NCBI RefSeq assembly: GCF_000315625.1
Contig: NW_005434643.1
Coordinates: 277,581-341,580, forward strand
Reading direction: 5' to 3'
Origin: Guillardia theta CCMP2712
Lineage: Eukaryota > Protista > Cryptophyta
DNA: 64,000 bases
Position numbers and translations under genes: made by a program. Each line of letters begins with the position of its first letter. Position 1 is the first letter of the stretch. Under the pieces are notes generated by a model. The model made no database searches. It was not told the DNA's origin and saw nothing but the letters and a program-made list of their open reading frames with translations. Positions 48,301 to 58,953 of the stretch are shown in pieces.

Positions 48301-51300
48301 AGGGCTGCACTCGTGGACATGGTACGGGATCGTGCCAGGGGAGCAGAACGCTTTTCTTGAGGGATCTCGACCTTCAACCCCTTGAGGGGTCGACAAAGTT
48401 TATTCGCCTCCTTGTGTGTGGGCTGTGGCGCGTCCTGCTCCTGCTCTTTTCCCTTCATCCCGATCAGAGACTGTTGGAGCGACGAGTTAGTGAAGGCCGC
48501 GATGACAGAAGGAGAAGAGGCAGCTTCATGCCTTGAGGCGAGAGATGACCGCTGAAAGTCCTAACGTCTCGAGTCAGTTTCCTTCCTTTTCTTCGCTCTC
48601 AAGTCACCAGATTGTACGAGCAGCTTCAGCCTCGCGAATCTCGTGAGGGCGTGAGACGACGCGTCCTCGATCTCCTCTGCTCTTCTTGTCAGTCTCCTGG
48701 ACAACCAGCGGCTGCTCTCACCCTCCTCGCGAGCGGTAGGAACGAGGCTGAGGAGGCAGTAGGGGTCGCTCAAGCCGTTGGCGTCCATGGCCGCGAGCCC
48801 CTCCGCCTTCACCAGGTGAACTTCAACGTACCTACACCATCAGAGTCATCGTCCTCCCTCGGCCCCTTCCTTCTCCTCCTTCGCCTCCTCCTGTCCTTCT
48901 TCTTGTCCCTTCCCTGTCTTCGCCCTTCCTCTACTCTTCTTCCCTCCACCTTGTCATCTCTCCTCTGTCCTCCTCTTCCCCTTCCCCTCCCCCCGCCCCA
49001 TAGTCTCATTCTCCACCTTGGGTTGACATCTTCAAAGGCGCGCAGCAGCTGCTTAGTGCGACGGTCTCGCAGCATGTCCTCCATGTCACTCCTGTCCCCA
49101 CGTCACCCGTCCATCCTCCATCCTCCTCCTCCTCTCGCACCTGCTCGTAAACTTGCGGAAGACGCAACCAGGCCCTCCGCACTCTTTGATGGTCTCAGCC
49201 AGTCCCAGCGGCAGCGTCTCGAGGTACTCTTCCTCCTGCGCGCACGTTCCTCGTCACCAGCAGGAGCATCAGCGGGACTGCCTCACGTTCCACTCCTCGT
49301 AGACGACTTCCGGGATAACGTGCAGCCTGACCAGCAGCTGACAAGCTCGTGAGATGTTGTGCTCGTGAGAAACTGACAGGGCGGATGCTTCTCACCGCGT
49401 GGATCACTTCGAACAGGCTGTGAACCCTGCGGTAGAGCTGGAGGAACCGGTCAGATACATGCTGAAACGAGGAGGGGAAACGACAAGGAAGAGGAAGAGG
49501 AAGAGGAAGAGGGAAAGGGAGAAAGAAAGGGAGAGGGAGAGGGAGAGGACGAAGTGCATGGAGATGATGGAGAGTAAGACAAAGACGGAGATAGACTGAA
49601 AGAGGGGAAGCAGCAGCAACTCACAATGTCGGCTCCCTCGAAGAAGATGAGCCATGCCAGCAGCACGAACTTGGCCTCATAGTAGGAAGGGATCTATCGC
49701 AAACTCAGGGGAGAGAAGAGCATATCCGAAGGCATCACCCAAGAGAGAAGAACGTCCGTCATGTTCTCAATCACATTCAGAATGAGGAAGATGATCCAGA
49801 ACGACAGCCACTGCCTATCGTCGTCTCCTCCTGCCGCCATGGCCGTCAATGCAAGCATGTAGAGCGGAAGGAGAGGGGCGAGAGGAAGACGAGAGGTGAA
49901 ACCAAGAGGACGAGTTACACGAGGGACACAAGGAGTGAAAGAAGCAAGAGAGGAAGCAACAAGGGAGGAGCAGCAGCAGAAGAGAAACAGGAGGAGCCTG
50001 TGAGGCTTGCCTGGAGTCTCGATGGCATGAACTGACTTGAAGCAGGCCCATAGAGCCAGCACGTAGGAGAGTCTCATCGCCCACAAGCCAGAGCCTGTCG
50101 GCTCGTTGATGCAGAACAAGGGATGCGCTCCTATTCCGGGCCAGTCACAATATGATCTCCCTCCCCTCCCCTCTCCTCCCATCCCCTCCCCTCATACACT
50201 TTTTCCCATCTCCTTGTCCTCACATCACCTGGTTCTCCACACTTGGGAGCTTTGCCGAGTGCGTTCGCGAGGGCTCCCACGTTCTCCGACATCATCTTGT
50301 TCATCTGAACTCCTTGTCACCTCCTCCTCCTTCACATCTCACACACACCTTTCGCCATTTCTTGTAACCGTCCGACAACTGACAGCCTGGAAATTTGTAG
50401 GTGCACATGTTGGATGGCTGAGCAAGATGTCAGGAAGGGACAGGGGAACGGGAAGTTCACTCGCCTCGCATGAAGCAGGAAAGTGATACTTGCACTTAGG
50501 AACTTCACCGAACTCGTCGATCTGTAGAAACGTCACACTCGATCCTCGGGGACTCAGTCACATGCCTGAGGGCAGTAGCCAGCAGCCACGCATGGAAACT
50601 TGGAGCTCTCTGAAAGAGCCTGGGACAGATGAGAGGAGGCGATTGGGCACAGGGGCGGTAGGGGAGGGGAAATAAAGTATGAGGTTGAAAAACGTGTAGA
50701 AAGAACAAAGGAAGGAGACAGAAAAACTGAAGATGAAAAGACAGGCGAAAGATGCTTCTTACTTTGACGAGCTTGTCGCAAATGGTGATACACCTAGATG
50801 AAAACATCACATCTGCTCGGTAGCCTAGTTCTCGTTCACCTCTTGAGGCCAAAGCACATCGCCCGGCAGTCAATGTCTGACAGCCCTCCTTCTGCTTCGC
50901 CGGACAGCATCATCGTCATGACCTACGAGCCTTGAGCATCCTCAACCCCTTCCATCCCTCTCACCTTGTCGCATAGAGTGCACATGGCGCCTTCGCCTTT
51001 GAATATCACGTCGACGACCTGGAGGTACAAGATCAGCCGGCGCAAGAGCTTCCTCTGAGAGCTGACCAGCATCCCGATGTCCTTGACGGTCGTGATGGTC
51101 TTGGCGAACGCCATGGTTCCCCACAGCATGACCCTAGAGGTTCTCGCAGTCACGCTCAGGCACACAGCATGTCAGCTCCTCGCTACCATGGCGGCGGTAA
51201 GGGAATCCCTCCTGACAACAGACATGTCAAGCTTGAACAAGGCAGCTCAAGAGCTTTACCTTCAGCTGGGGTTGGGAAAGACACGAGCAACAATACAAAC

Positions 51301-51389
51301 AGAAGCGTCGCTAGATTAAAAATGTTTACCGCAGGTAAATTCACAGAGCAATATCTTCTCTCCTCACCTGTCTGCGCTGTACTGACCAT
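45302..51389 (-). CDS. Multi-exon membrane protein with a Cys-rich N-terminal region, HVA22/REEP (TB2/DP1) domain, C2 domain, coiled coil and C-terminal PDZ-like domain
   Basis: HAIETPGGDDDRQWLSFWII...SWIPSYYEAKFVLLAWL..EGADI (REEP); VKAEGLAAMDANGLSDPYC, KSRIVSKSLNPKFDQ, VQMFDNDKLSLDDFMGE, EGWFDL (C2); LKEGDVVHAMQGQDV...TVVVTVIR (PDZ-like). The domains are confident; single-gene linkage and start are inferred. Confidence 0.7.
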
Positions 51390-51718
51390 GGAGTCTTGTA
51401 TTTTGGAGATCAATACAACATCAAATCAGTTTCCTGGAAATGACAAACGTGAGCAAGAAGGAAAGAGAGTGATTTGCTATCCAAAAAAAAAATTGTCACG
51501 TCGTGCTGCTCATGTTTCGGCGCTAAGCCTTGAATGAAGAACTTGACGATTAAGACGATGTCCATTGTGGTATGGTACTCAAGCAAGCACAATCCAGATA
51601 CGGCCCGAGAGTTGAAGAGCCGGTCATGCTCGCGAATATAACTAGCGGAGGTTGTGAGATGTTAGGCATCACAAACGGATGCGTCAGGCTGCATGAGGAG
51701 AGGTTGAATCTCGAGTCG

Positions 51719-51813
51719 GAGCATGAGCATGAGCATGAGCATGAGCATGAGCATGAGCATGAGCATGAGCATGAGCACGAGCACGAGCATGAGCATGAGC
51801 ATGAGCATGAGCA
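51719..51813. repeat. (GAGCAT)n hexanucleotide repeat
   Basis: Directly visible, about 15 units with GAGCAC variants. Confidence 0.95.
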
Positions 51814-52963
51814 CGACGTGGGCAAAGAGCGGGGTTGAGCGTAGAGCTCTGCCTTGCAATGAGCGGGTGATTCACATATGTGGCAACGATTATCCTGGGG
51901 GACGGGGTACCCGTAGCTTTTCCGAGGTGGTGGGGGTGGGTGACTATCTATCTAGTGGGACCTATAGAAAGAAGATCTTATAAGTAAAAGTCTATTTGAT
52001 CATGGCTATGGTCCTTTGCTCGGCTTCAGAGAAAGAGGTCGCACTTTGGCGAGTGGGTGGGGTGGTACTTAGAAGCTCCTGAGTAAAGACGCACTAGGAG
52101 GGAGAATGAGGGGTGCATGCCAATATGGACCCCCTAAAGGTAGCACTGCCAAACCATGAATTAGGGGTAGGGGTGTATACCCCTGTAAGAAGTTTACTTC
52201 CTTGATCTTAGAGAGCTCCTAGGGGGGGTCCTAGTAACTCTCCTATCAGAAATCCAAGGAGGTTTTTTTACTACACATAGTAAACTCGTGGCTGGAGGGA
52301 ATCAAGGAGGGGGTAGTGGAAGTAGGGGTGCAAGTGATTGTAAATCATGGTAGTCTAGACGGGTACAACGACATGGAGGAGGGGTACGAGGGTTAACAAC
52401 AAACATGGTCTAGTCTTCATCTCCTATAGTCCCCGAGCCCGGACGTTGGCCGGTCGCCGGGCCCGTCCGAATGTGGGGGACGGGAGGCCCTCCCTTCTAT
52501 CGTGGAGTAATTTAAAATGTTGTTGATCTTTACTTCATTATAAAAACCGAAAATAATCCTTTCTGAAAATCTATGGTAGGGAAATATAAAACTCTATTAT
52601 CCAATCCCCCAGTCTTTGCGCCCCAAACAGAATCTCCCTCCGAATCCAAACTGGGCAAGTTTGCAACAGGTAGAAGAGCAAGGGGAGCGGCGGGAAATAG
52701 TGGCGAGTATGAAGGCGACACCTGAATAGTAGCAAGGTCTTTAGTATGATCAGAATTTAGATTGTCAGTCCTGTACTTCAAAAGAACATGTGGTGTTTTC
52801 AACCCGTTGTGATAACGAAACGGGTCGTGACAATGCCTCATGTGTACTCGGTGATCAAATGCACTTGAAAATTCTGGCAAGTCTCGTCATTGTTGAAATT
52901 TAGTAATGGAATAGAATAAGAGTTTGTTTTCTTATCTAAGACGTTGCTTGTAGGGAACCAGCC

Positions 52964-53305
52964 ATGCGGACAAATCGTATAGCACAAAGTTGTTGCAGAA
53001 TTCCTTTCCTGAAGCCAGAAAATGCATTGGTAGGAGGTATTCAACGAGAACATTCACTGCAAATCAAACCTGTGACAATCGAAGATATAGACTCTCGCAT
53101 TGCAGGCAGCAATGTATGCTTTCAAGAATGGAAAAGCAAATATAAACAGTCAAAAATCGAAACCGGGTTTGATGGAAAATACTATCTCCCCCCTGACGAG
53201 GGAGCATCAAACAGGGTGCAAATGCCCGTATTGCCAGGTAGCTGGGCACGCTTGGTTCAAAGAAAGAGAAGACGTTTTCTAAACTCGCTACCGGGAAGGC
53301 AATAA
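52964..53305 (+). CDS. Small intronless protein of the PGS[WF]A...RRF family (copy C)
   Basis: QEWKSKYKQ and PVLPGSWARLVQRKRRRFL match copies A and B. Confidence 0.7.
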   Translation: MRTNRIAQSCCRIPFLKPENALVGGIQREHSLQIKPVTIEDIDSRIAGSNVCFQEWKSKYKQSKIETGFDGKYYLPPDEGASNRVQMPVLPGSWARLVQRKRRRFLNSLPGRQ

Positions 53306-53521
53306 GTTCGTACGAAAAGTTGATGGACGTTTTGAAACAACTATCCAGATCAACAATTCTTTATTTTGCATATGAATAAAACCTCTCAATGAGGCTTTTA
53401 CAATGGCATATGTGTGCACAGGGATTACCCTTTTTACAAGAAATCAATCCATCACCTGTCATTCAACCAACTGGTTCTTCCGAGGCCACCATTTACATGT
53501 TTGTACAAGCCAAATAGTCAT

Positions 53522-53905
53522 TTACCGCGGAGGCCACACAAACCTCTTCCTGCGCTTCTGGAAACCATCTGCCCATGACCCAGGGCAGACTTTCTTCTGA
53601 GAATTTTGCCAAGTGCAGTGATCTGCACAATGCTTCTCTAGAAATTGAATGAGATCGTACTTGTGCGAGTGCTGCTCGTATTCTTGACACCATTCTGGGG
53701 CATACTCCCATATCGATGGGGTTGACGACCCTTGAAATTCAGAGGGAGGTTCTTCCTCGTTGTCGTTGAACTGCACGCTTGTTGCAGTTGAAAAACATCT
53801 AGACGCGGTCAAGCCGTTTTTGGCGACCGATACCCGGTCGGGAGATAATACGGACCTCAGCAAGTATCCAGTAGCAGCTTTTCTCATTTGCAGCAGGTTG
53901 CTCAT
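53522..53905 (-). CDS. Small intronless protein of the PGS[WF]A...RRF family (copy B), mitochondrial-presequence-like N-terminus
   Basis: MSNLLQMRKAATGYLLRSVL...SRCFST; PEWCQEYEQHSH and VCPGSWADGFQKRRKRF; start at 53905 or 53887. Confidence 0.7.
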   Translation of the reverse strand: MSNLLQMRKAATGYLLRSVLSPDRVSVAKNGLTASRCFSTATSVQFNDNEEEPPSEFQGSSTPSIWEYAPEWCQEYEQHSHKYDLIQFLEKHCADHCTWQNSQKKVCPGSWADGFQKRRKRFVWPPR

Positions 53906-55159
53906 CACCTCTGATGCAGCACAGAACAATCTAGCTGAATTTTGGCAAAATCTGTGTTTCTTGTACAAGGAAAACTTTGATGGCGAAGAGGAGCGCTTCT
54001 TTCCGAAATTCAAATGTTCCCAACTTCGAAGATTCAAGGTGCAAACTCCTTTCCTCAATGAAAATTGTAAAATCAAATTTGCCTCTGTTTCAGATCAAGA
54101 TTAAATTGCCAAGATTCAAGCGAAAGTAATACCCAAGCAGAAAACGCAGTTCTAATAGACCTTGGAGGGGAAGTGAAATGTAGAAATCGAAACCTCGTTT
54201 GAAGTCGAAAACAGTAAAAGATATCTTGAAATACTCCAATCCCGATTCACGAATACAGGCGATAGTCTTGGACGAGAGCGAGCTCACGAAGAAAGGTCCA
54301 GGTGTGTTGAAATGAAATGAGCGCAATGGAACAAGGGGCTGGTTGACCTAGTCGGGGAGAAGCTGATGAGAGTCCGAACGAAGGGGGGTGGGGTGGGTGG
54401 CTTGTACCTGTACCGGTGCAATTTTCGATGAGGATTCTAGATGGGTGGGGTCTAGAGGGTGGTAGAGTTTACCTGGGTGGATGAAGAGCGATGGATGCTA
54501 GAGAAGGTGGGTGGGGGTAAATTGGTTCGAAACATCAAACTTGCTGAGTATGGTAGGGGTGTGGACTAGTACAGATAACAGCATGACATGGGGTTACTCC
54601 AGCACCCTACCCACATTATGTCAAGGTAGATTTGTTCTCCTCGAACTTTGGGGGGTAGGGGTGGCCTTCCAAACCCTCATATTCTTGGCAAGGCGGGGGT
54701 ACAGTCATCCATGGGGGCACAGGGGGGTAGTAGCACAGAACCAACTAAGGTGAGATGATACCCTGACTTTATTAAGGGCTTGTTCGAGGAAATTAACCTC
54801 TATGCGTCACAATAAGTGCAACCATCAAACGGATTGAAAGGAGGGGTTCTACAAAACAAATTCACGAAAACATAGTTTTTCACTTCATAAAATCGTTGTG
54901 GGTCAGCAGGCCACACCCCGTCCCCCAATTGACCCCCTTTTACCCCAGTCAGCCCATATAGCGTTAGGTGGGTACTCCTTCCACCTACCACCTTTGCTGA
55001 CAATTATGAAATCTCCCTCAGATACTCTCCAACCACCCCACGGACAACACCACCCCCTCACACAACCTGCACCAAGCTTTACTCAAACCTATCCTGCCCA
55101 CTGCTGTTCCTCAAACTTTACTGATAATTTCACTTAACTGCGCGCTGGACCATTACTTC

Positions 55160-56090
55160 ACCCCGCGCCATGCCCGCAATGTCGCTGTGGCCGCCGCCGA
55201 ATGAGACGCATGCCGGCGTCTATCGCAGTGCGGCGGAAGGTCACCCGGCAATCCATGAAGAAACTTGTCAGCGGCAGCCACCAAGCTGATTGGCTGCTGC
55301 TCAAAAATCCCAAGGCTGGTATTTTCCATGATTGAGTGTCAGATCGTGCGCTGAGAGGTAAACTGAGACACAAGTTGATCAACCGGGTGGCCTGGTACTC
55401 GAAGTGAAGTAGAGAAGCTGGAGTGATGCGCCAAGAAAGATCTCTGGCGCTCAGAAGGGTCAGCCCGAATACTGCAGACCGAGGAAACTCCCTGAGGGAT
55501 TGAGCTGTGAGCTCCCGCTGGGCGGGGATGAAAAGCATACTACCAGGCGTCCCAAATCAATCAGGCGAGAGGATCCAGTCATTGTCGCACGCCTGAGGAA
55601 GCTCCGCCAAGCTCCATCAAGTGTCTGTGAGTGTCCAAGAAGGCAGCCAGCATGGGGACAACATCCCCAGCGTCCGCCTGCTGCGGTTGGCGGATTCGAA
55701 GCTCGGTGTCAGAATTGATCCGGTGGAAGAGTGGCGGTGTAGGTAAAATCCAATGCTGGAAGATGGCAATTTCTCCCGCCCATTTGAGAAACTTGGCAGT
55801 CGCAGTCCAGAATGCGGTGTAGGCCAAGCCCTCCTGCGGGGCCGGGGTGAACCCATCCGATGATCCCCTCCAGCACTATAAGGCAACTGACGTTCAAACG
55901 GTTTGAAGTAGGCAAACTGAAGGTCGGACGGTGGGGTGTCAGGGGCAGGTTGCAGGTCGGATGAGCTCTCCGGTGCCTGTTGCTGAGGCCACTGAAACAC
56001 CTTCGCAAGAAGACGGAGATTCGCGACTTCAAATCGCTTGCACCGTGGCACTTGGCAGCTGTCACTCAAGCATGGGAGATTGGGCAACGT
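55160..56090 (-). pseudogene. Degenerate frameshifted coding remnant, possibly from a non-LTR retrotransposon
   Basis: Protein-like segments in shifting frames with stops and no splice signals; PAGGLGL followed by AYTAFWTATAKFLKW recalls the post-RT thumb region of some non-LTR elements. Confidence 0.3.
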
Positions 56091-56099
56091 AAGAAGTAC

Positions 56100-56450
56100 T
56101 CAGGCACTGGCCCGGCCGGCCGGGACTGTAGGGTGGGAACGCGGCCGGTCGCCGCTTCAAGAGCTGTTGAAACCCACCGTGAGTGACGCAACTTGGGAAA
56201 TGCCCGGTTGTTCCAACTCAGCCGGTCATTTCAGCGTTGACCGTCACAGTAGTACTGTGACCGCCGCCCGGGGCCCGGGGTCCGAGTCACGCCGGTGGCA
56301 CTGGACTCTTTCCCCGTTGGCGGGCTGGCCGGGTACGCCGCACCGGCACGGTCAGGGCCGCGCAAGGCGGGGCCCGGCCGGCGGTACTACACTAGTGACG
56401 GCAGGCGGCAGACTACCCGGAACCGCACTGGCTGCAGCCTGAGGTGACTG
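56100..56450. repeat. GC-rich palindrome-dense block of the same type as 30170-31085
   Basis: cccggccggccggg, gggcccgggg, gagtcac, gtgac and actagt words. Confidence 0.65.
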
Positions 56451-56576
56451 AAGAGTTGATCACGTTACTTGAACGTGATAATGGCACCGTGATAGTTCAT
56501 GGGCATTTTGAGGTGCGGGGGAACCTCGCCATAGATACATCCCACGCGATCATCTTTGGGATATCAATAGGTGAAA

Positions 56577-57818
56577 ATGAGGTTGATTGAATTGAGCAGA
56601 GCGTTGCGAAATGTTAGGTATACTTGTATTCTTGGAATGATATGTACAATTTTTCTAGTGTATGATCAATGCATGAAGAGCCTGCACAGCCTGACAAAAG
56701 CAGCTGATGATTGGATCTTGCTTCGTAACCTCTCACAAACTTCCTCACGTCTGAATTGTTCTGGACCCTCCACAGTCAATATTGAGCATTTGAGTTTGGA
56801 AAGTTACTTAATGTTCAATGACAGTGAAAGCTTTCAACACTCTCTAACAACATGGCAGAATCCTCCAACCTGTGCAGGCAAACGATTCTTAGTTTTGTCT
56901 TGGTACTTTTCGAGTGGAGTAGGTTCCTTTCTTCATTTGCGTGCACTTTCGTTGCTTTATGGATTGGAAGCTGGATGTGTCGTTATCGATGATCCTGAAA
57001 TGCAATGGGAATGGACACCAAAGTCATCACAGTTCTGTGGGACTAGGTTACCCGATTGCTATTTTCAACGATTATCTAACTGCACATTTAGTCCCGAATA
57101 TATTCGTGCTGTACAAACAAAAAATATTAACAATTCCAACTTTATTTTTCTAACAGATGCAAGAGTGAGAAGTCTATACAATCATTACATGGATGTACCT
57201 CGGAATGGAGGGTTGTTTGGATTCTCAAAAAAACATCCGCACTATTGGATGTCACAACTGATTAGATATGTCGTACGCGTTCGCCCTTTCCTGTACAAAC
57301 GATATGTTGAACCGCAAATTGTTAACCTATATCCCAAAGGTGTGCCATGCGATTTATTTTCTGTCTTCATTCGTCATGGCGACAAGTACCATGAAACAGA
57401 GTTGGTCTCGGTAGATGAATACATCCGCCTTCTGCAAAACCTCAAAGCGAAACATGTTTATGTGAATTCTGATAGTCAGCTGACGCTTGATTTTTTCATT
57501 AAAAGGAGTCGTGGCTTATTTGATCTGTATTATTTGAATGTTTCACGCCAGTCAAATGGAGCTGGACTATTGGGCGAACATGGCAAAATTTGGAATAAGA
57601 TACTGAATTCAGATGACGTGTACTGGCACATGATTGACAATCTGAAAGAGTTGTATGTTTCAGTTCTGGCCAAGCTCATGATGGGGCAACTAGCGAGTAA
57701 TTGGAATCGTTTGGGACATGAAATTCATGATTCATACGGCCTTGCACAATACCGATACATTCATGTTGGACCCTGCGAAAAAGACAGAAGGAATGTGATG
57801 GATTGCATTGGTATTTGA
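56577..57818 (+). CDS. GT23-like (FUT8/NodZ) alpha-1,6-fucosyltransferase-family type II membrane protein, intronless
   Basis: N-terminal TM segment; SGVGSFLH; motif I FSVFIRHGDK..E; motif II VYVNSDS; motif III GQLASNWNRLGHEI. Confidence 0.8.
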   Translation: MRLIELSRALRNVRYTCILGMICTIFLVYDQCMKSLHSLTKAADDWILLRNLSQTSSRLNCSGPSTVNIEHLSLESYLMFNDSESFQHSLTTWQNPPTCAGKRFLVLSWYFSSGVGSFLHLRALSLLYGLEAGCVVIDDPEMQWEWTPKSSQFCGTRLPDCYFQRLSNCTFSPEYIRAVQTKNINNSNFIFLTDARVRSLYNHYMDVPRNGGLFGFSKKHPHYWMSQLIRYVVRVRPFLYKRYVEPQIVNLYPKGVPCDLFSVFIRHGDKYHETELVSVDEYIRLLQNLKAKHVYVNSDSQLTLDFFIKRSRGLFDLYYLNVSRQSNGAGLLGEHGKIWNKILNSDDVYWHMIDNLKELYVSVLAKLMMGQLASNWNRLGHEIHDSYGLAQYRYIHVGPCEKDRRNVMDCIGI

Positions 57819-58767
57819 CGATCATGTCTCCAGCGGTTCATTCTCTTGAGTAGCCCTCGAATTCGGTGGCAAAGGACGTGCAGTACAGGGGCTGCTGAGA
57901 ATCTTCACAAAAAAACTTTTTTGTGCAATGCATTCCAAGTTCTGATGATAGAGTGAGAAGCTGTCAAAAGCGAGAGCATCTCTGAGTTTTTCACATCAAT
58001 CATTGATATACTCTACACAGGTTAGTCCTTCAGTACAACATTTTCAACTCAACACAATGTAGTGGCAGTGATATAAAAAATTTAGACTAAATGAATGGAT
58101 CCAGACAAGAGGCATTGTTGTTGCAAGTCCCTAAATGTTAAACAAATTGAATTTCAAATTCACAAAGGGTGTTGGGGACATCTGACAGTAGCACCGTAAA
58201 CAGGCTTGGTGCAGGGCAAACGTGGGCCTCAACCCCCGACGATTGGATCTCAGTGGGTGTCTGAAGGTCCAGTGTGGGGGGCGGCCAAACTGCGAAGCTT
58301 CACAGTTCAATCCGAGTGAAATGATCCCCGGCGATCGCAAGGCAGCACTTAAAAGATGGCAGTACAGTGCGGCAAGCAATCATCCAGTACGAAACTTTCT
58401 GAAACAGTCATGTAATGGTCGGGGAGGTTAGTAACTAGCAACCACAACTGTGCACCCGGGCATAACCCCTGGGAGTCCAAGTCGAGATATCTGATGCTGA
58501 GCTATGTTTATTTCTCTTGAATGAACAACTTCATAGAAAAGCCACGGCCAGGAATCTGACGCATTGAGGCTGTCATCTTTAATCGAATCAAAGCTTTGGA
58601 TATTCTAGACGCTTTGTGAACTGCAATTAGTGAGAATGCCCAGAAATGTCATATTCCAGCGAATAAGGAAATGTGTCACAATCAATTATCCATGATTTTG
58701 TTGTGATCAAATTTACCAGGAGTAATCAGTTTTACAAGCTTTTATGAATCAATACTACAATCACAAT

Positions 58768-58953
58768 TTACGAGCGGTTGTAGAAGTAGTCCCAGTGGTT
58801 GCGAGCACGGACCCAGTCGTCATAGGCAGCAGCATCGTTGGCCTTGTAGTAGGTGTCAGCAGAGGCATTGTAGAGCTGGCGGGCCTGGGCGTTCTGGCCG
58901 GCGGCCTTGGCGTAGAGCGCAGCAGCAGTCTGTCCGTAGAGGGTCTGGAACAT
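58768..58953 (-). CDS. Small 61-aa Ala/Tyr-rich protein
   Basis: MFQTLYGQTAAALYAK...YFYNRS*; GC-rich island with strong C-ending codon bias in AT-rich flanks; ATG directly preceded by a splice-acceptor-like pyrimidine tract and CCAG. Confidence 0.7.
   Translation of the reverse strand: MFQTLYGQTAAALYAKAAGQNAQARQLYNASADTYYKANDAAAYDDWVRARNHWDYFYNRS

Noticed and set aside
51550-51983. (HE)n, (CS)n, (MS)n, (AH)n dipeptide ORFs
   Set aside because: All are readings of the (GAGCAT)n repeat; no supported gene.
52530-53053. Two overlapping minus-strand ORFs
   Set aside because: Non-ATG starts, no homology, partly antisense to family copy C.
58130-58510. GC-richer island between convergent genes, considered as an ncRNA (RNase P/MRP, snRNA, telomerase RNA)
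   Set aside because: I found no diagnostic conserved boxes by eye; an Infernal/Rfam search would decide.
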